In this document: positions 40,482 to 50,332 of the stretch, piece by piece
How positions within the stretch are numbered: position 1 is the first letter of the stretch
Layout of the letters: each line of letters begins with the position of its first letter
NCBI GenBank assembly: GCA_963718665.1
Contig: OY970359.1
Coordinates: forward strand, 928,001 to 992,000
Length of the DNA: 64,000 nucleotides
Reading direction: 5' to 3'
DNA from: an uncultured Phycisphaerales bacterium
Lineage (GTDB): Bacteria; Planctomycetota; Phycisphaerae; Sedimentisphaerales; Anaerobacaceae
Position numbers and translations under genes: made by a program
Notes under the pieces: model-generated
Told to the model about the DNA's origin: nothing
What the model saw: only the letters and a program-made list of their open reading frames with translations
The model's database searches: none

Positions 40482-40901
40482 ATGAACCATCACCTGGCCA
40501 TTTTGAAAAAGCAGTATTTGGACGCAATACTGGCGGGACGCAAAACAATCGAGTCGCGTCTCTACCAGACAAAGCAGAAATGGCTTTCTCAGGTAAACGC
40601 AGGCGACAAAATCTTCCTCAAGGCAAGCTCAGGTCCCGTTATGGCGACGGCAACAGTTGACAAGGTGAAATACTTCGAAAACCTGACCGCCGGGCAAATT
40701 GCGGAAATGCAAAAGCAATACAATCAGCAAATCCTCGGCGACGAGCAATACTGGCGGGAAAAAGCAAAATCGCGATGCGGAATTCTCGTCTGGCTAAAAG
40801 ACATCCGGCCGATTCCTCATCGATTCATAAAAAAATTCGATTGGCGTGCCTGGGTTGTCCTGATGCCAAAAGAAAATTTCGGATTGCTTACCTATAAGTA
40901 A
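40482..40901 (+). CDS. ASCH domain protein
   Basis: YLDAILAGRKTIESR (GxKxxExR motif). Confidence 0.85.
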   Translation: MNHHLAILKKQYLDAILAGRKTIESRLYQTKQKWLSQVNAGDKIFLKASSGPVMATATVDKVKYFENLTAGQIAEMQKQYNQQILGDEQYWREKAKSRCGILVWLKDIRPIPHRFIKKFDWRAWVVLMPKENFGLLTYK

Positions 40902-40906
40902 CCCAA

Positions 40907-41521
40907 TTAAAGAATCTTCTCAAGATAAGTCCTTAACGAACGAATGGCATTGCCTCGATGAGAAATGGCGTTTTTTTCTTCGGAGGTCATTTGGGCAACT
41001 GTTTTATTCGATTCCGGCACAAAAAAAATCGGGTCATAGCCAAAACCGTTCTCGCCCGCCGGCTTATCAATAATCAACCCCTCTAATTTCCCCGACATCT
41101 CAATCAAAACCTTTCCCGGGCTTGCTAAGCACAGGCAGCACATAAATCGAGCGGTCCTTTTTTCCTTTGGCACGCCCTCCAGCAGCTTTAAGACCTTGGC
41201 CATATTCTTATGGTCGATAAGTCCTCGATTTGCCTTTTTTGTGCCGTAAAATCTCGCGCTATTCACCCCCGGCTGTCCATCCAGTGCATCAATTACTAAT
41301 CCAGAATCATCCGCAAGAGTCCAAAGGCCGGTTACTTTGGCGTAGCCGATTGCTTTTTTGCGGGCGTTCTCGGCAAATGTTTTGCCGTCTTCCTCAATCT
41401 CGCCCACATTGGGAAAATCCGATAAGCCAACCCATTCGATATCGCCTCCGAGCATCTCTCGCAGCTCTTTGAGCTTCCCCGGATTCGTGCTGGCTACAAG
41501 TATCCTGCATCGGCCTTTCAA
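40907..41521 (-). CDS. rdgB: XTP/dITP diphosphatase
   Basis: STNPGK, ADDSGL, FGYDPIF and KNAISHR motifs. Confidence 0.95.
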   Translation of the reverse strand: MKGRCRILVASTNPGKLKELREMLGGDIEWVGLSDFPNVGEIEEDGKTFAENARKKAIGYAKVTGLWTLADDSGLVIDALDGQPGVNSARFYGTKKANRGLIDHKNMAKVLKLLEGVPKEKRTARFMCCLCLASPGKVLIEMSGKLEGLIIDKPAGENGFGYDPIFFVPESNKTVAQMTSEEKNAISHRGNAIRSLRTYLEKIL

Positions 41522-41532
41522 CTTCCCCCTCC

Positions 41533-42219
41533 TTACAACTTCTTAAGTCTGTCGATCTCGGCCTCAATCTCTTTCAGAACTTCCTTATTCGTAATTTCAT
41601 CATCAATGCTAAAAATAACAAATACTTTCCCCCCGTATTTTCGCTCAAACTCTCTAAAGCTTGCTTTCATTCTCTCCGAAGGTGAATAATTACCGAAATT
41701 TGCTTTGGCGGTTACGGGTTTTATTTGTATGCCAAATGCTTTCTTCCCGACGTAACCCAGATAATCAATATCTCCAGCATGGTCAAGCTCCGGTTCCGAC
41801 TCAACGAATTTGACATCTGAAAGCTTTTTCTCCAAAATTTCGGTTACAACAGATTTTTCTCTATAAAATCCGTCGTAGGTCCTTTTGATGGTTAGGTTGT
41901 AAATATAATCAATGCAATCCTGCAAAGTTAATTGCCTGAACGCTTCCTGCCACTCAGGAATAACAATCTCTGTGATTTTGACATATAATCTTTCACCAAG
42001 CTCCTCAAGTACTTTTTTTGTAATTTTTACAGGATTCTTACCGTCTGTATGCGCTTTTTCGAAATACCACTTTTCCCATTCCTCTATGGTTTTCGGTTGG
42101 CACTCCCTGATTAAAGCCATAACAGTCCCGACTTTGTTGGGCCTGGATAACTGATAGGCCTGACAAGCATAATTTAGCACTTTTTCTTTTTTGCCGAAAT
42201 TTTGCGAATAAGTTTTCAC
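41533..42219 (-). CDS. MjaI-family type II restriction endonuclease
   Basis: RP..VG.V..LI.E...EWE.WY; TYDG; DIDY.....FGIQIKP. Confidence 0.8.
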   Translation of the reverse strand: MKTYSQNFGKKEKVLNYACQAYQLSRPNKVGTVMALIRECQPKTIEEWEKWYFEKAHTDGKNPVKITKKVLEELGERLYVKITEIVIPEWQEAFRQLTLQDCIDYIYNLTIKRTYDGFYREKSVVTEILEKKLSDVKFVESEPELDHAGDIDYLGYVGKKAFGIQIKPVTAKANFGNYSPSERMKASFREFERKYGGKVFVIFSIDDEITNKEVLKEIEAEIDRLKKL

Positions 42220-42224
42220 GCCTG

Positions 42225-43517
42225 TTACACTCCTATTCTTGCCAAATCCATAAACTTCCGTTTGTATCTAAAGTCCATATCAGTATCGATTGAAACCAGT
42301 CCTTGTTTAATCAGGTGAGCATTCAAGAAGGTCTTGTTCTGAAGATACAAGTAGCAAAGAAGGTGATTTTGGTCGTCATGCTTGATGGTATCAAATTTCA
42401 TAAAGACATTCTGTCCATTGGTCTTGTCTCTCAAGAATTCAATCGCCTCCCTATGCTTCTCCGGTTTCTCCTTCACACCCAGCAATCGAATCTTTAGACC
42501 ATCACCGACGACTAACTCTTCAGGTGAAAGCACCTCTCTGACGCGGCAGTATTTTTCTCTGTTATGGCTGCCATTATTGATTTTTGAGCCGAATTGGAGC
42601 TTTCGAGGGTCAACCTTTTTATCGAATTTTACCGGGTCTTTAAAAATATAAGGCAGTTTCTTTATTTCCTCTTTCCAGTCAACCTCGTCTTCCCTGTTCA
42701 TTGCAAGTTCGAAACCAACTTTATCATCGAAGAATCCTTTGTCCTTTAGGCCAAGTTTTTCTTTTATGATTGGAATATAATCGGCGTTTATCTCATATCC
42801 TATTGAATTTCTTCCGAGATTCTTCGCCGCCAGCATAGTTGTTCCACTGCCTAAAAATGGGTCAAGAACCGTATCGCCGACAAATGTGAACATCCTGACA
42901 AGACGACGAGGAATTTCTTCTGGAAACATAGCCAAATGCCCGCTCTGCTTTTCGCCAGGAATATTCCAGTGGCCGGCAAAATATTGGTTCCATTCCTCAG
43001 TTGTCATTTTGGATTTTTCTTTTATAGCATCACTGACAGTTGGTGAAATACCCTGCTTTTTGAAAATCAATATGAACTCATAATCAATTTTTAATATGCC
43101 GTTGCGGGGATAGGGAAAAGAACCCATTATTGTTGCGCCGCCTGTTGTGTTGCAGGTGGTAACTTTTTGCCAGATGACCGCTCCCATATAGTCAAAACCG
43201 ACCGTCTCGCAGAATTTGATTATCTCTGTACGTATGGGAATAACTTTGTATCTGCCGTAATAAACCGAACGGGCAAACTGGTCGCCGATGTTTATACAAA
43301 GTCGGCATCCCTTGTGCAAAACTCTGTTGCACTCGTTCCAAACAAGGTTGAGATTGTTGATGTATTCTTCGTAGCTATGGTCAAACCCAATCTGATTGCC
43401 GTTTCCATAGTCCTTTAACTGCCAATAAGGAGGAGATGTAACGACAAGATGTACTGATTCATCGGTCAACTCTGTCATTGACCGGGAGTCCCCAACTATT
43501 ATCCGGTGCTGGGTCAT
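42225..43517 (-). CDS. beta-class N4C/N6A DNA methyltransferase with C-terminal SNase-like domain
   Basis: VTSPPY precedes DPFLGSGTT; C-terminal IRLLGV...LLCYLYL...NAHLIKQGL. Confidence 0.9.
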   Translation of the reverse strand: MTQHRIIVGDSRSMTELTDESVHLVVTSPPYWQLKDYGNGNQIGFDHSYEEYINNLNLVWNECNRVLHKGCRLCINIGDQFARSVYYGRYKVIPIRTEIIKFCETVGFDYMGAVIWQKVTTCNTTGGATIMGSFPYPRNGILKIDYEFILIFKKQGISPTVSDAIKEKSKMTTEEWNQYFAGHWNIPGEKQSGHLAMFPEEIPRRLVRMFTFVGDTVLDPFLGSGTTMLAAKNLGRNSIGYEINADYIPIIKEKLGLKDKGFFDDKVGFELAMNREDEVDWKEEIKKLPYIFKDPVKFDKKVDPRKLQFGSKINNGSHNREKYCRVREVLSPEELVVGDGLKIRLLGVKEKPEKHREAIEFLRDKTNGQNVFMKFDTIKHDDQNHLLCYLYLQNKTFLNAHLIKQGLVSIDTDMDFRYKRKFMDLARIGV

Positions 43518-43521
43518 AATT

Positions 43522-44433
43522 TCAGCTCATCAGTTTCTTCACAAGCGCACGCTGGAAGTGCAGGCGGTTTTCGGACTGGTCAAAGATAATCGAATTAGGC
43601 GATTCGACGACCTCATCGGTAATTTCATAATCGCGATACGCGGGCAGACAGTGCATAATCTTCGCATTGGCAGGCGCTGATTTGAGAAGTTCGGCGTTAA
43701 CCTGGAAACCTTTGAAGGCCTTGATGCGTTTTTGCTTTTCGGCTTCCTGCCCCATACTGACCCAGGTATCGGTATAGACAACATCCGCACCGGCAACCGC
43801 TTCGGCAGGGTTATTGGTAATCGAAACACTGTCGGCCTTTATGCCGTTTGTTTTTTCGACGACGCCCCAGTCAAGCTCGTAACCCTTTGGCGAGGCGACG
43901 ACCAATTTCATATTGAATTTCGCGGCCGCAAAGGCAAGTGATTGCGCCACATTATTTCCATCTCCGATGAACGCGACCTTAACGCCCGACAATCGGCCAA
44001 GGTGTTCCTTTACCGTAAGCACGTCTGCCATCGCCTGGCATGGATGCGACAAATCGGTCAGAGCATTTATCACTGGGACCGTCGCGTATTTGGCAAGCTC
44101 GACAACGGTGTTATGCGCGAACGTCCGCGCCATTATGCCGTCAACATATCGGCTGAGCACCCGCGCCATATCCTTAATCGGCTCGCGTGCGCCGATGCCG
44201 CCCACGTCTTCGGGACGGATGAATATCGCGCTTCCGCCCAAATCGGACATCGCGACCTGAAAGCTGATTCGCGTCCGCAGTGAGGGCTTCTCGAAAACCA
44301 TCGCCAGCACCTTGCCCGCAAGGCAGACATCCCGCCCGCCGGATTTATAGAGCTTTTTCAGCGAGCTGCTCAAATCGAGCAGTTCGTTCAATTCTTCTGT
44401 CGAACAATCGCTTATGCACAAAAAGTGTCTCAT
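43522..44433 (-). CDS. argF: ornithine carbamoyltransferase
   Basis: KPSLRT, HPCQ, DTWVSMG and HCLP motifs. Confidence 0.97.
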   Translation of the reverse strand: MRHFLCISDCSTEELNELLDLSSSLKKLYKSGGRDVCLAGKVLAMVFEKPSLRTRISFQVAMSDLGGSAIFIRPEDVGGIGAREPIKDMARVLSRYVDGIMARTFAHNTVVELAKYATVPVINALTDLSHPCQAMADVLTVKEHLGRLSGVKVAFIGDGNNVAQSLAFAAAKFNMKLVVASPKGYELDWGVVEKTNGIKADSVSITNNPAEAVAGADVVYTDTWVSMGQEAEKQKRIKAFKGFQVNAELLKSAPANAKIMHCLPAYRDYEITDEVVESPNSIIFDQSENRLHFQRALVKKLMS

Positions 44434-45611
44434 TTTGTCTCGCCCATAACACTATCAAGGATACTTATCGCCTCATCGATTTGCTCTTTCGTAACAATCA
44501 TCGCGGGCATAAACCGCAGCACGGTATTATTCGTGCAATTGATACGCAGGCCCCGCGCGAGGCACTTATCGACTATTTCAGCGCCCGGCGAAGAAAGCTG
44601 CACGCCAATCATAAGGCCTTTCCCACGGACATCTTTGATGATGTCGTACTTTTCGCCTAACTGTTCGAGTTTAAGTTTCGCGTATTCGCCCATCTTCACC
44701 GCGTTTTCGATAAGGTTATCTTCTTCAATCGCCTCGACGACCGCGATACCTGCCGCGCAGGCGATGCAGTTTCCGCCGAATGTTGAGGCGTGCTTGCCGG
44801 GGACCAATTTGGCAGCGAGTTCCTCTTTCGCCATCATCGCACCGATTGCCACACCGCCGCCCAGCGCCTTTGCCAGCGTAATAATATCCGGCTCAACATC
44901 ATTATACTGATACGCGAACCATTTGCCCGTCCGCCCCATCCCGGTCTGCACCTCGTCGAATATCATCACCGCGCCTTTTTCGTCGCATAACTGGCGAATC
45001 GCCTCGACGTATTCTTTCGTCGCGACGTTAATGCCGCCTTCGCCCTGAATCGGCTCAATCATCACCGCGCAAACCTCGTCGGTGAACGCCTTTTCGAGTG
45101 CGCTTATATCATTGTAAGGCACGTAAACAAAACCGGGCAGTAACGGCAAAAAGCCCTCGTGATACTTGGGCTGGGCTGTCGCCGTAACCGTGGCGAACGT
45201 CCGCCCGTGGAAGCTGCCCTCGGCTGTGATGAATTTGTATTTGCCCTCGGCTGTCGCCAGACGCGCCAGCTTCAGAGCGCCCTCGTTGGCCTCTGCGCCG
45301 CTGTTGCAGAAAAAGCACTTTCCCCCGAAGCCTCGCTCACTAATCAGTTTCGCCAACTGGCCCTGCTGTTCCGAATAAAATGTGTTATCGATATGCAGAA
45401 GCTCGCCTGCCTGCTTGCGAATCGCATCGACCACTTTTGGGTGGCAATGGCCTATTCCGCTGACCGCCCAGCCGGGGAACATATCGAGAATCTTGTTGCC
45501 ATCTGCGTCCCAGAGGTAGCAACCATCGCCCTTGACAATCACCCGCGGCAGCCGTTTGTAATTCGCGATTACGTATTTACTGTAAAGCTCTATTGTTTCC
45601 TGCGTAGTCAT
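44430..45611 (-). CDS. argD: acetylornithine aminotransferase
   Basis: NSGAEANE, FHGRT, DEVQTG and AKALGGG; lies between argB and argF. Confidence 0.93.
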   Translation of the reverse strand: MTTQETIELYSKYVIANYKRLPRVIVKGDGCYLWDADGNKILDMFPGWAVSGIGHCHPKVVDAIRKQAGELLHIDNTFYSEQQGQLAKLISERGFGGKCFFCNSGAEANEGALKLARLATAEGKYKFITAEGSFHGRTFATVTATAQPKYHEGFLPLLPGFVYVPYNDISALEKAFTDEVCAVMIEPIQGEGGINVATKEYVEAIRQLCDEKGAVMIFDEVQTGMGRTGKWFAYQYNDVEPDIITLAKALGGGVAIGAMMAKEELAAKLVPGKHASTFGGNCIACAAGIAVVEAIEEDNLIENAVKMGEYAKLKLEQLGEKYDIIKDVRGKGLMIGVQLSSPGAEIVDKCLARGLRINCTNNTVLRFMPAMIVTKEQIDEAISILDSVMGETK

Positions 45612-45641
45612 CTCTGTTTCTAAATTCTCCGTTCTAAATTC

Positions 45642-46517
45642 TTACTTCACTATCTCAGTTCCAACGCCTTTGTCGGTGTAAATCTCAAGCAAAAGCGAGT
45701 GTTCAATCTGCCCGTCTATTATATGCGCCTTTTTGACGCCCGCCTCAAGGGCGATTAAGCACGCCTCGACCTTGGGGAACATCGCATCGGTAATAATCTT
45801 CGCATCAATCATTTCCTTAATCTGCTGCTCATTCAAGCTCGACACCCAGCTATTGGGGTCTTTTATATCCCTGCGAATCCCGTGCGTGTCGCTGACCATT
45901 ACTAATTTCTCGGCATCGACCGCCGCTGCGACTTTACCCGCCGCGGTATCGGCGTTGACGTTCAGTGTCCCGCCGAACTGGTCCATCGCGACCGAAGCGA
46001 TTACCGGTATCGTCCCGTCCGCGCAAAGCGTCTTCAAAAGCTGGCCGTTGACTTCGGTAACCTTGCCTACAAAACCCAAATCGATTTTGCGGCCGTCAGA
46101 CCCATCGAGCCGTAACTGCTCGGCAAACAGCACACAACTGCTCAGCGTATGAAGCGCCATTGTCCGGCAGCCCAGCTCGCCCAGCACTTTACACACCGGG
46201 TCATTTACGCTGTGAACCAGCGTGTGTTCGACTATCCGCAGCGTCCGCTCGTCGGTATAGCGTCTGCCCTGGACCCAGACCGGCTCCAGCCCCGCCTCGT
46301 TCATCGCGCGGGTTATCGCCTTGCCGCCTCCGTGAACGATTATCGTCCTGATGCCGACCGTTGACATAAACGCCACGTCGGTCAGCAGCTTCTTTTGCAG
46401 ACATTCGTCGTCCAGAACGCTGCCGCCCAATTTCACCACCACAATTTTACCCCGGAACTTGCGAATATACGCCATCGCCTCAATCAGTCCCTGGGCCTTG
46501 GTAATAGCTTCTTCCAC
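45642..46517 (-). CDS. argB: acetylglutamate kinase
   Basis: VVKLGGS, VHGGG, NVNAD and GVGT motifs. Confidence 0.96.
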   Translation of the reverse strand: MEEAITKAQGLIEAMAYIRKFRGKIVVVKLGGSVLDDECLQKKLLTDVAFMSTVGIRTIIVHGGGKAITRAMNEAGLEPVWVQGRRYTDERTLRIVEHTLVHSVNDPVCKVLGELGCRTMALHTLSSCVLFAEQLRLDGSDGRKIDLGFVGKVTEVNGQLLKTLCADGTIPVIASVAMDQFGGTLNVNADTAAGKVAAAVDAEKLVMVSDTHGIRRDIKDPNSWVSSLNEQQIKEMIDAKIITDAMFPKVEACLIALEAGVKKAHIIDGQIEHSLLLEIYTDKGVGTEIVK

Positions 46518-46838
46518 GCCTTCGTCTCCAAATAAACCGGTGTGCGTAAAATTGTGAGTTTATTATTGCTGTGGGCACGCGTCAACTCATAATTTCAGCC
46601 AATATCAGTTTTTGGCTTCCGAAGCATACAATAACTCGACGATATGCACGAGCAGGATATCTCGCAGTTCTTTGATTCATTCACAATCGACGGCGTAAAA
46701 TAAATATAATCGCAATCGCATTTTGTCAAGTTGCATACTTGGCAGGACGCAGCCGTCGTTGCCGATGGAATACTTGATTTTCACGGAAATCCCGAACCTG
46801 TCGAACCGAACCGCGTATATGTTATGAACGATGACCAC

Positions 46839-46891
46839 GGGCTGCGGTAATTCTCTCCTCTCCTCCCTCCTGACCGCAGCCCAATCTTTTT
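46839..46891 (+). ncRNA. candidate sRNA hairpin with CU-rich (anti-Shine-Dalgarno-like) loop
   Basis: Perfect 10-bp stem GGGCTGCGGT/ACCGCAGCCC; loop ...CTCCTCCCTCC; downstream T-run. Confidence 0.4.
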
Positions 46892-47079
46892 ATAACTATC
46901 CAATCTTTAAGCGGTTATACGCGAACCTTGTCAGCCGCCCACAAACGCGAAGACGCCTTGAATGGGGTGATTTTTGGCACAAGATATTCGCAGGTAGAAT
47001 CGCAAAAAAGGCAAAAAAACCCGTATTTTTTCCGAAAATTTCCCTTGTCGAACCCGGCTGATTATGGTAGAATAATTCT

Positions 47080-47220
47080 ATTATTAATGTGAGGCGAGAG
47101 TTTGCCGAAAAGTTCCCACACCGATAGGCAGTATGCGCTGTTCTTTTTGATTTTTGTACCAACAACAGGGCTGGGATATCTCGCTTTCTCCCCTCCCTCC
47201 GACCCAGTCCTGTTTTTTTT
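47080..47220 (+). ncRNA. candidate sRNA ending in a CU-loop terminator hairpin
   Basis: Promoter TTGTCG-17-TAGAAT with extended TG (47045-47073); 12-bp stem 47164-47214 with one G-U pair; loop CTCCCCTCCCTCC; poly-T. Confidence 0.45.
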
Positions 47221-47252
47221 CTGCGCCGAAATAGCCCTTTCTCAGCTTATTT

Positions 47253-48821
47253 TCAATAAATCCTATGTCCCGTTCTCGCAGTATGTTCGAAATTTATAAA
47301 GAAATATCGCAGGGCGTCAACTGGGTGGTCGTAAACACCGTCTTTTAGGGGTAATTCATCGCCAGCCGGCGTATCGGGATAGTGATAGCAGGTCAGTGCC
47401 TCGATAAGGCGGGCACATTGGGGCGAGACAATAAATCGGCTTTTGCCCGCGCCATCGCGTATCGCCCGGCGGATTGACTCGATGCCCTCGGCGATTCCGC
47501 TTCTGCGATAACGCACGTTGACACCAAGCGAACGCAATTCGCGAACCGCGCTTGTGCCGGTAACGTCGTTGGCTCCCGCACCCGCCGGGTCGCAAAACGT
47601 CGCGATAACTCGCGATTCACCAGTTGGGATTCTGGTCTTCAACTCAGCCGCATGAACATCGATTGTCGCACGAGTTCGCACGTATTCATCAATCACCCGC
47701 ACCACACCTTCGCTATCGACCTGAATCCACAGGCACACAAACGGGTTGGCGAAACCAAAATCCAACGAGCGATACAAAGGCAAATTCGCATCATATCCGA
47801 CGGGCCTGACATGAATTGCGGCATCGAACTGGTCAAAAACAACATTTTCAAGATTAGGTTTCAGGCACAGCATCTCTGCCTCCCAACCCGCCCTGCTGCT
47901 GCGTCGCATCTGCGTAATACAATCGTTTATTTTCAAATAGCCGGCTGCCTGTTTTGCCCTGCCCGCACAATCACCCCACAACGGGCACTGCGAACAGTTT
48001 CTGTCGGTGCATTTTTCGATTGTCTCCCAGACGCACCACTTGAAAAGGGGCGTGTTGGTTTTGGCAGCCGACGAGACGATTTTCTGCATAAGGCCGTATG
48101 GCTTGTGCATTGTGCTGATTGTTTCCATACCGGCGATAATACTGTCCGTGCTTTGCGTGGTAAATTTCGCGGCGTTGAAAACATCGTTATCAAAAAGCTC
48201 GATCTCATCACAGCGTAGTTTTTGAATGTGCTGGCCCCGAACACTCGCCTGCGATTGCGTGAGGACATCGACCGTCGAACCATTGCTGAATCGGCAGCCG
48301 GTTTTGCGAATTGGCTCTAAAAGAAACTTATCGAAGCCGAGTCGCAGAAAATCGGTGAGATATCGATACATCCTCCCCGCCTGTTCTTCTGAACCCGCCA
48401 ATATCCGCACCTGGCAATTGGGCTTGAAGACGCAATCCAAAAGCGTCGCAACGGCCGCAAGGTCGGTCTTGCCTCCGCCCCTATTCGCCCAGACGACGCA
48501 ATCCGCGTTTGTGGGCTTTTGGAATTTTACCGCAGAGCACGCAGAGTTCGCAGAGGTTATTTTTAATTGATTCTCGGCGTTCTCAGCGGCGAGTGTTTTT
48601 TTCTCTTTTATAAAGTCGCAGTTAAAGCTGTGCCAGAGATAATCCAAGGGGCTATTATGCTCTGTGCAAATCTGCATGTCCGGCACGTCAATCCCCAAAA
48701 AGACCTTGATGTAGTTTTTCAGGTCATTTTTTGTCGCGGGCCTTGCTCGTCTTAGCGATTCATACAAGCGGGAAACACTTTGGGTCTGCGCATTTACCGG
48801 CAGAATGATACCGTTAGTCAT
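47253..48821 (-). CDS. phage terminase large-subunit-like protein
   Basis: Walker A ANRGGGKT; Walker B LRCDE; RNase H-like nuclease motifs SLDFG, CDPAG and DHPVDALRY. Confidence 0.85.
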   Translation of the reverse strand: MTNGIILPVNAQTQSVSRLYESLRRARPATKNDLKNYIKVFLGIDVPDMQICTEHNSPLDYLWHSFNCDFIKEKKTLAAENAENQLKITSANSACSAVKFQKPTNADCVVWANRGGGKTDLAAVATLLDCVFKPNCQVRILAGSEEQAGRMYRYLTDFLRLGFDKFLLEPIRKTGCRFSNGSTVDVLTQSQASVRGQHIQKLRCDEIELFDNDVFNAAKFTTQSTDSIIAGMETISTMHKPYGLMQKIVSSAAKTNTPLFKWCVWETIEKCTDRNCSQCPLWGDCAGRAKQAAGYLKINDCITQMRRSSRAGWEAEMLCLKPNLENVVFDQFDAAIHVRPVGYDANLPLYRSLDFGFANPFVCLWIQVDSEGVVRVIDEYVRTRATIDVHAAELKTRIPTGESRVIATFCDPAGAGANDVTGTSAVRELRSLGVNVRYRRSGIAEGIESIRRAIRDGAGKSRFIVSPQCARLIEALTCYHYPDTPAGDELPLKDGVYDHPVDALRYFFINFEHTARTGHRIY

Positions 48822-48888
48822 AATATGCCTCCTAACTCCAGATGGGAAAATTAAAAATTTGTGATTTGAATCTTAACTAAACTTAGCT

Positions 48889-49320
48889 TTATTCCACATC
48901 GATTTTTTGGATGCGGGCAAGGTGTCGTCCGCCGTCGAAGGGGGTATTAAGCCAAAGCTCAACTATTTCCAGCGCTTCCTCAATCGCAATCATCCGCTCG
49001 CCCATCGACAGCATATTGGCGTCATTATGTGCCCTGCTCAGCCGGGCGGAACGCAAATCCCAGCACAAGGCACATCGCACGCCTTTGACCCTGTTGGCGA
49101 CCATCGCTTCGCCGTTGCCAGAACCGCCTAAAATAATTCCGCGGTCGTATTTGCCCGCGGCGACCGCCTTGGCCACAGGCCTCATAATATCGGGGTAATC
49201 GCACGGCTTTTCGGAATCCGTGCCGAAATCGTCAACCGTATGCCCCTTCTCAATCAGGAACTTTTTTATGATTTCCTTGTATTTGAAACCCGCCTGGTCG
49301 GCACCAATCGCTATCTTCAT
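48889..49320 (-). CDS. rpiB: ribose-5-phosphate isomerase B
   Basis: IAIGADQAG, DYPD, GSGNG, SRAHND.N and FDGGRH motifs. Confidence 0.93.
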   Translation of the reverse strand: MKIAIGADQAGFKYKEIIKKFLIEKGHTVDDFGTDSEKPCDYPDIMRPVAKAVAAGKYDRGIILGGSGNGEAMVANRVKGVRCALCWDLRSARLSRAHNDANMLSMGERMIAIEEALEIVELWLNTPFDGGRHLARIQKIDVE

Positions 49321-49444
49321 CAATCGTATCCTTTCCGGTTAATTTATCAGACGGACGATTATAAGGCAAATCGCCCGCTGGCTCAAAAAATTTCTGCCGC
49401 ACCTATTTTGGCCTGTCGAAAACAAAACGTATATTTTAACTGGA

Positions 49445-49637
49445 AGAATGCCCCGCTCTGTTTTGGGAGGGTTCGGCTTGCCTCGCCGAAGGGTGCGGAA
49501 GCCGACAAAAGCTGCAGCCCAAAATGACTGCTGCGGCTTTCCCAGAACAGGGCGGGGTTGATGCTAAAAAGCTTTTCGTAAAGAGAGACGATGCCCTTTT
49601 GGAAGAAAGTGAGGGCGAGATCTTTGGGCCTGCGTCT
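49445..49637 (+). ncRNA. candidate structured ncRNA (three-way junction plus terminator)
   Basis: 18-bp closing stem 49451-49468/49540-49557 with two U-G pairs, two inner helices, then a GAGAGACG/CGTCTCTC stem followed by a T-run. Confidence 0.5.
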
Positions 49638-49885
49638 CTCTTTTTTTCGTTTCGCATCGTCCCCTCTACGCGATTCCCAATTCAGATTTTCTGTAAATCG
49701 TTCGCGATATTTTTTGTTTTTGCCGAACCTCGTCATATACTTTCTATGGAGGAAGCTGATGATGGGACCCGCGGGTCCGCGAGGCATCAGGCCTCAAAGA
49801 AGCTAAAAATAGAAGGCGATAATGTATAAGGGAGACCGCCCGGCAAATTAAATGAGCCATAAAGGAGCGTGTGTCTCCCTTCGGT

Positions 49886-50332
49886 TTATGCGCAATCAGG
49901 CGTCACCTGTTCCTGTTGTTTATCTGTGCTCGCCAAAGCCGATAATAATCTGCTGGCAAGTTCAGGCGGCAAATCTGGTAGCTTCTCAACTTCGGGTTGT
50001 TCGTCGGGGCTGGGTTCCGCTTTTTGCCGGAGATAATTTATAACGTCTAAGCAGGCCTTGCGAGACGTTTCCTGATTCTCTGAGCTGGTCAACTCCACTA
50101 ATTTGACGGCGGCCACATTAGCGAACCTCGCGATTATCAGCTCGCCTCGTCGATGAGCGGATTTGACTCGCCGGTCAAACTCACCCGCAAAATTCTCGTC
50201 GGCCAGCCATTTATCGTAAATGCGTTTGTTAATCCTGTGCTTTTCGAAAATCTGCTGTTCATCAAGCTCGCCCGCGAACAAATCCTCAATCACCGCGAGC
50301 TGCTTTCTTGTAATCCTCTTAGTGTTTGACAT
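49886..50332 (-). CDS. HTH protein resembling a terminase small subunit
   Basis: RKQL..I..L...HTH...IYDKWL.D.NF..E followed by AA.KL.EL....R.AC..I; overlaps the end of parB. Confidence 0.55.
   Translation of the reverse strand: MSNTKRITRKQLAVIEDLFAGELDEQQIFEKHRINKRIYDKWLADENFAGEFDRRVKSAHRRGELIIARFANVAAVKLVELTSSENQETSRKACLDVINYLRQKAEPSPDEQPEVEKLPDLPPELASRLLSALASTDKQQEQVTPDCA

Noticed and set aside
49445..49637. SRP RNA or 6S RNA identity for the structured region
   Set aside because: No SRP helix-8 GNRA/AGCAG motif is visible, and the fold is branched rather than a rod with a central bubble.
49383..49829. ORFs 49383-49787 (-) and 49524-49829 (+)
   Set aside because: No recognisable domains; they overlap the strongly base-paired ncRNA candidate and its terminator.
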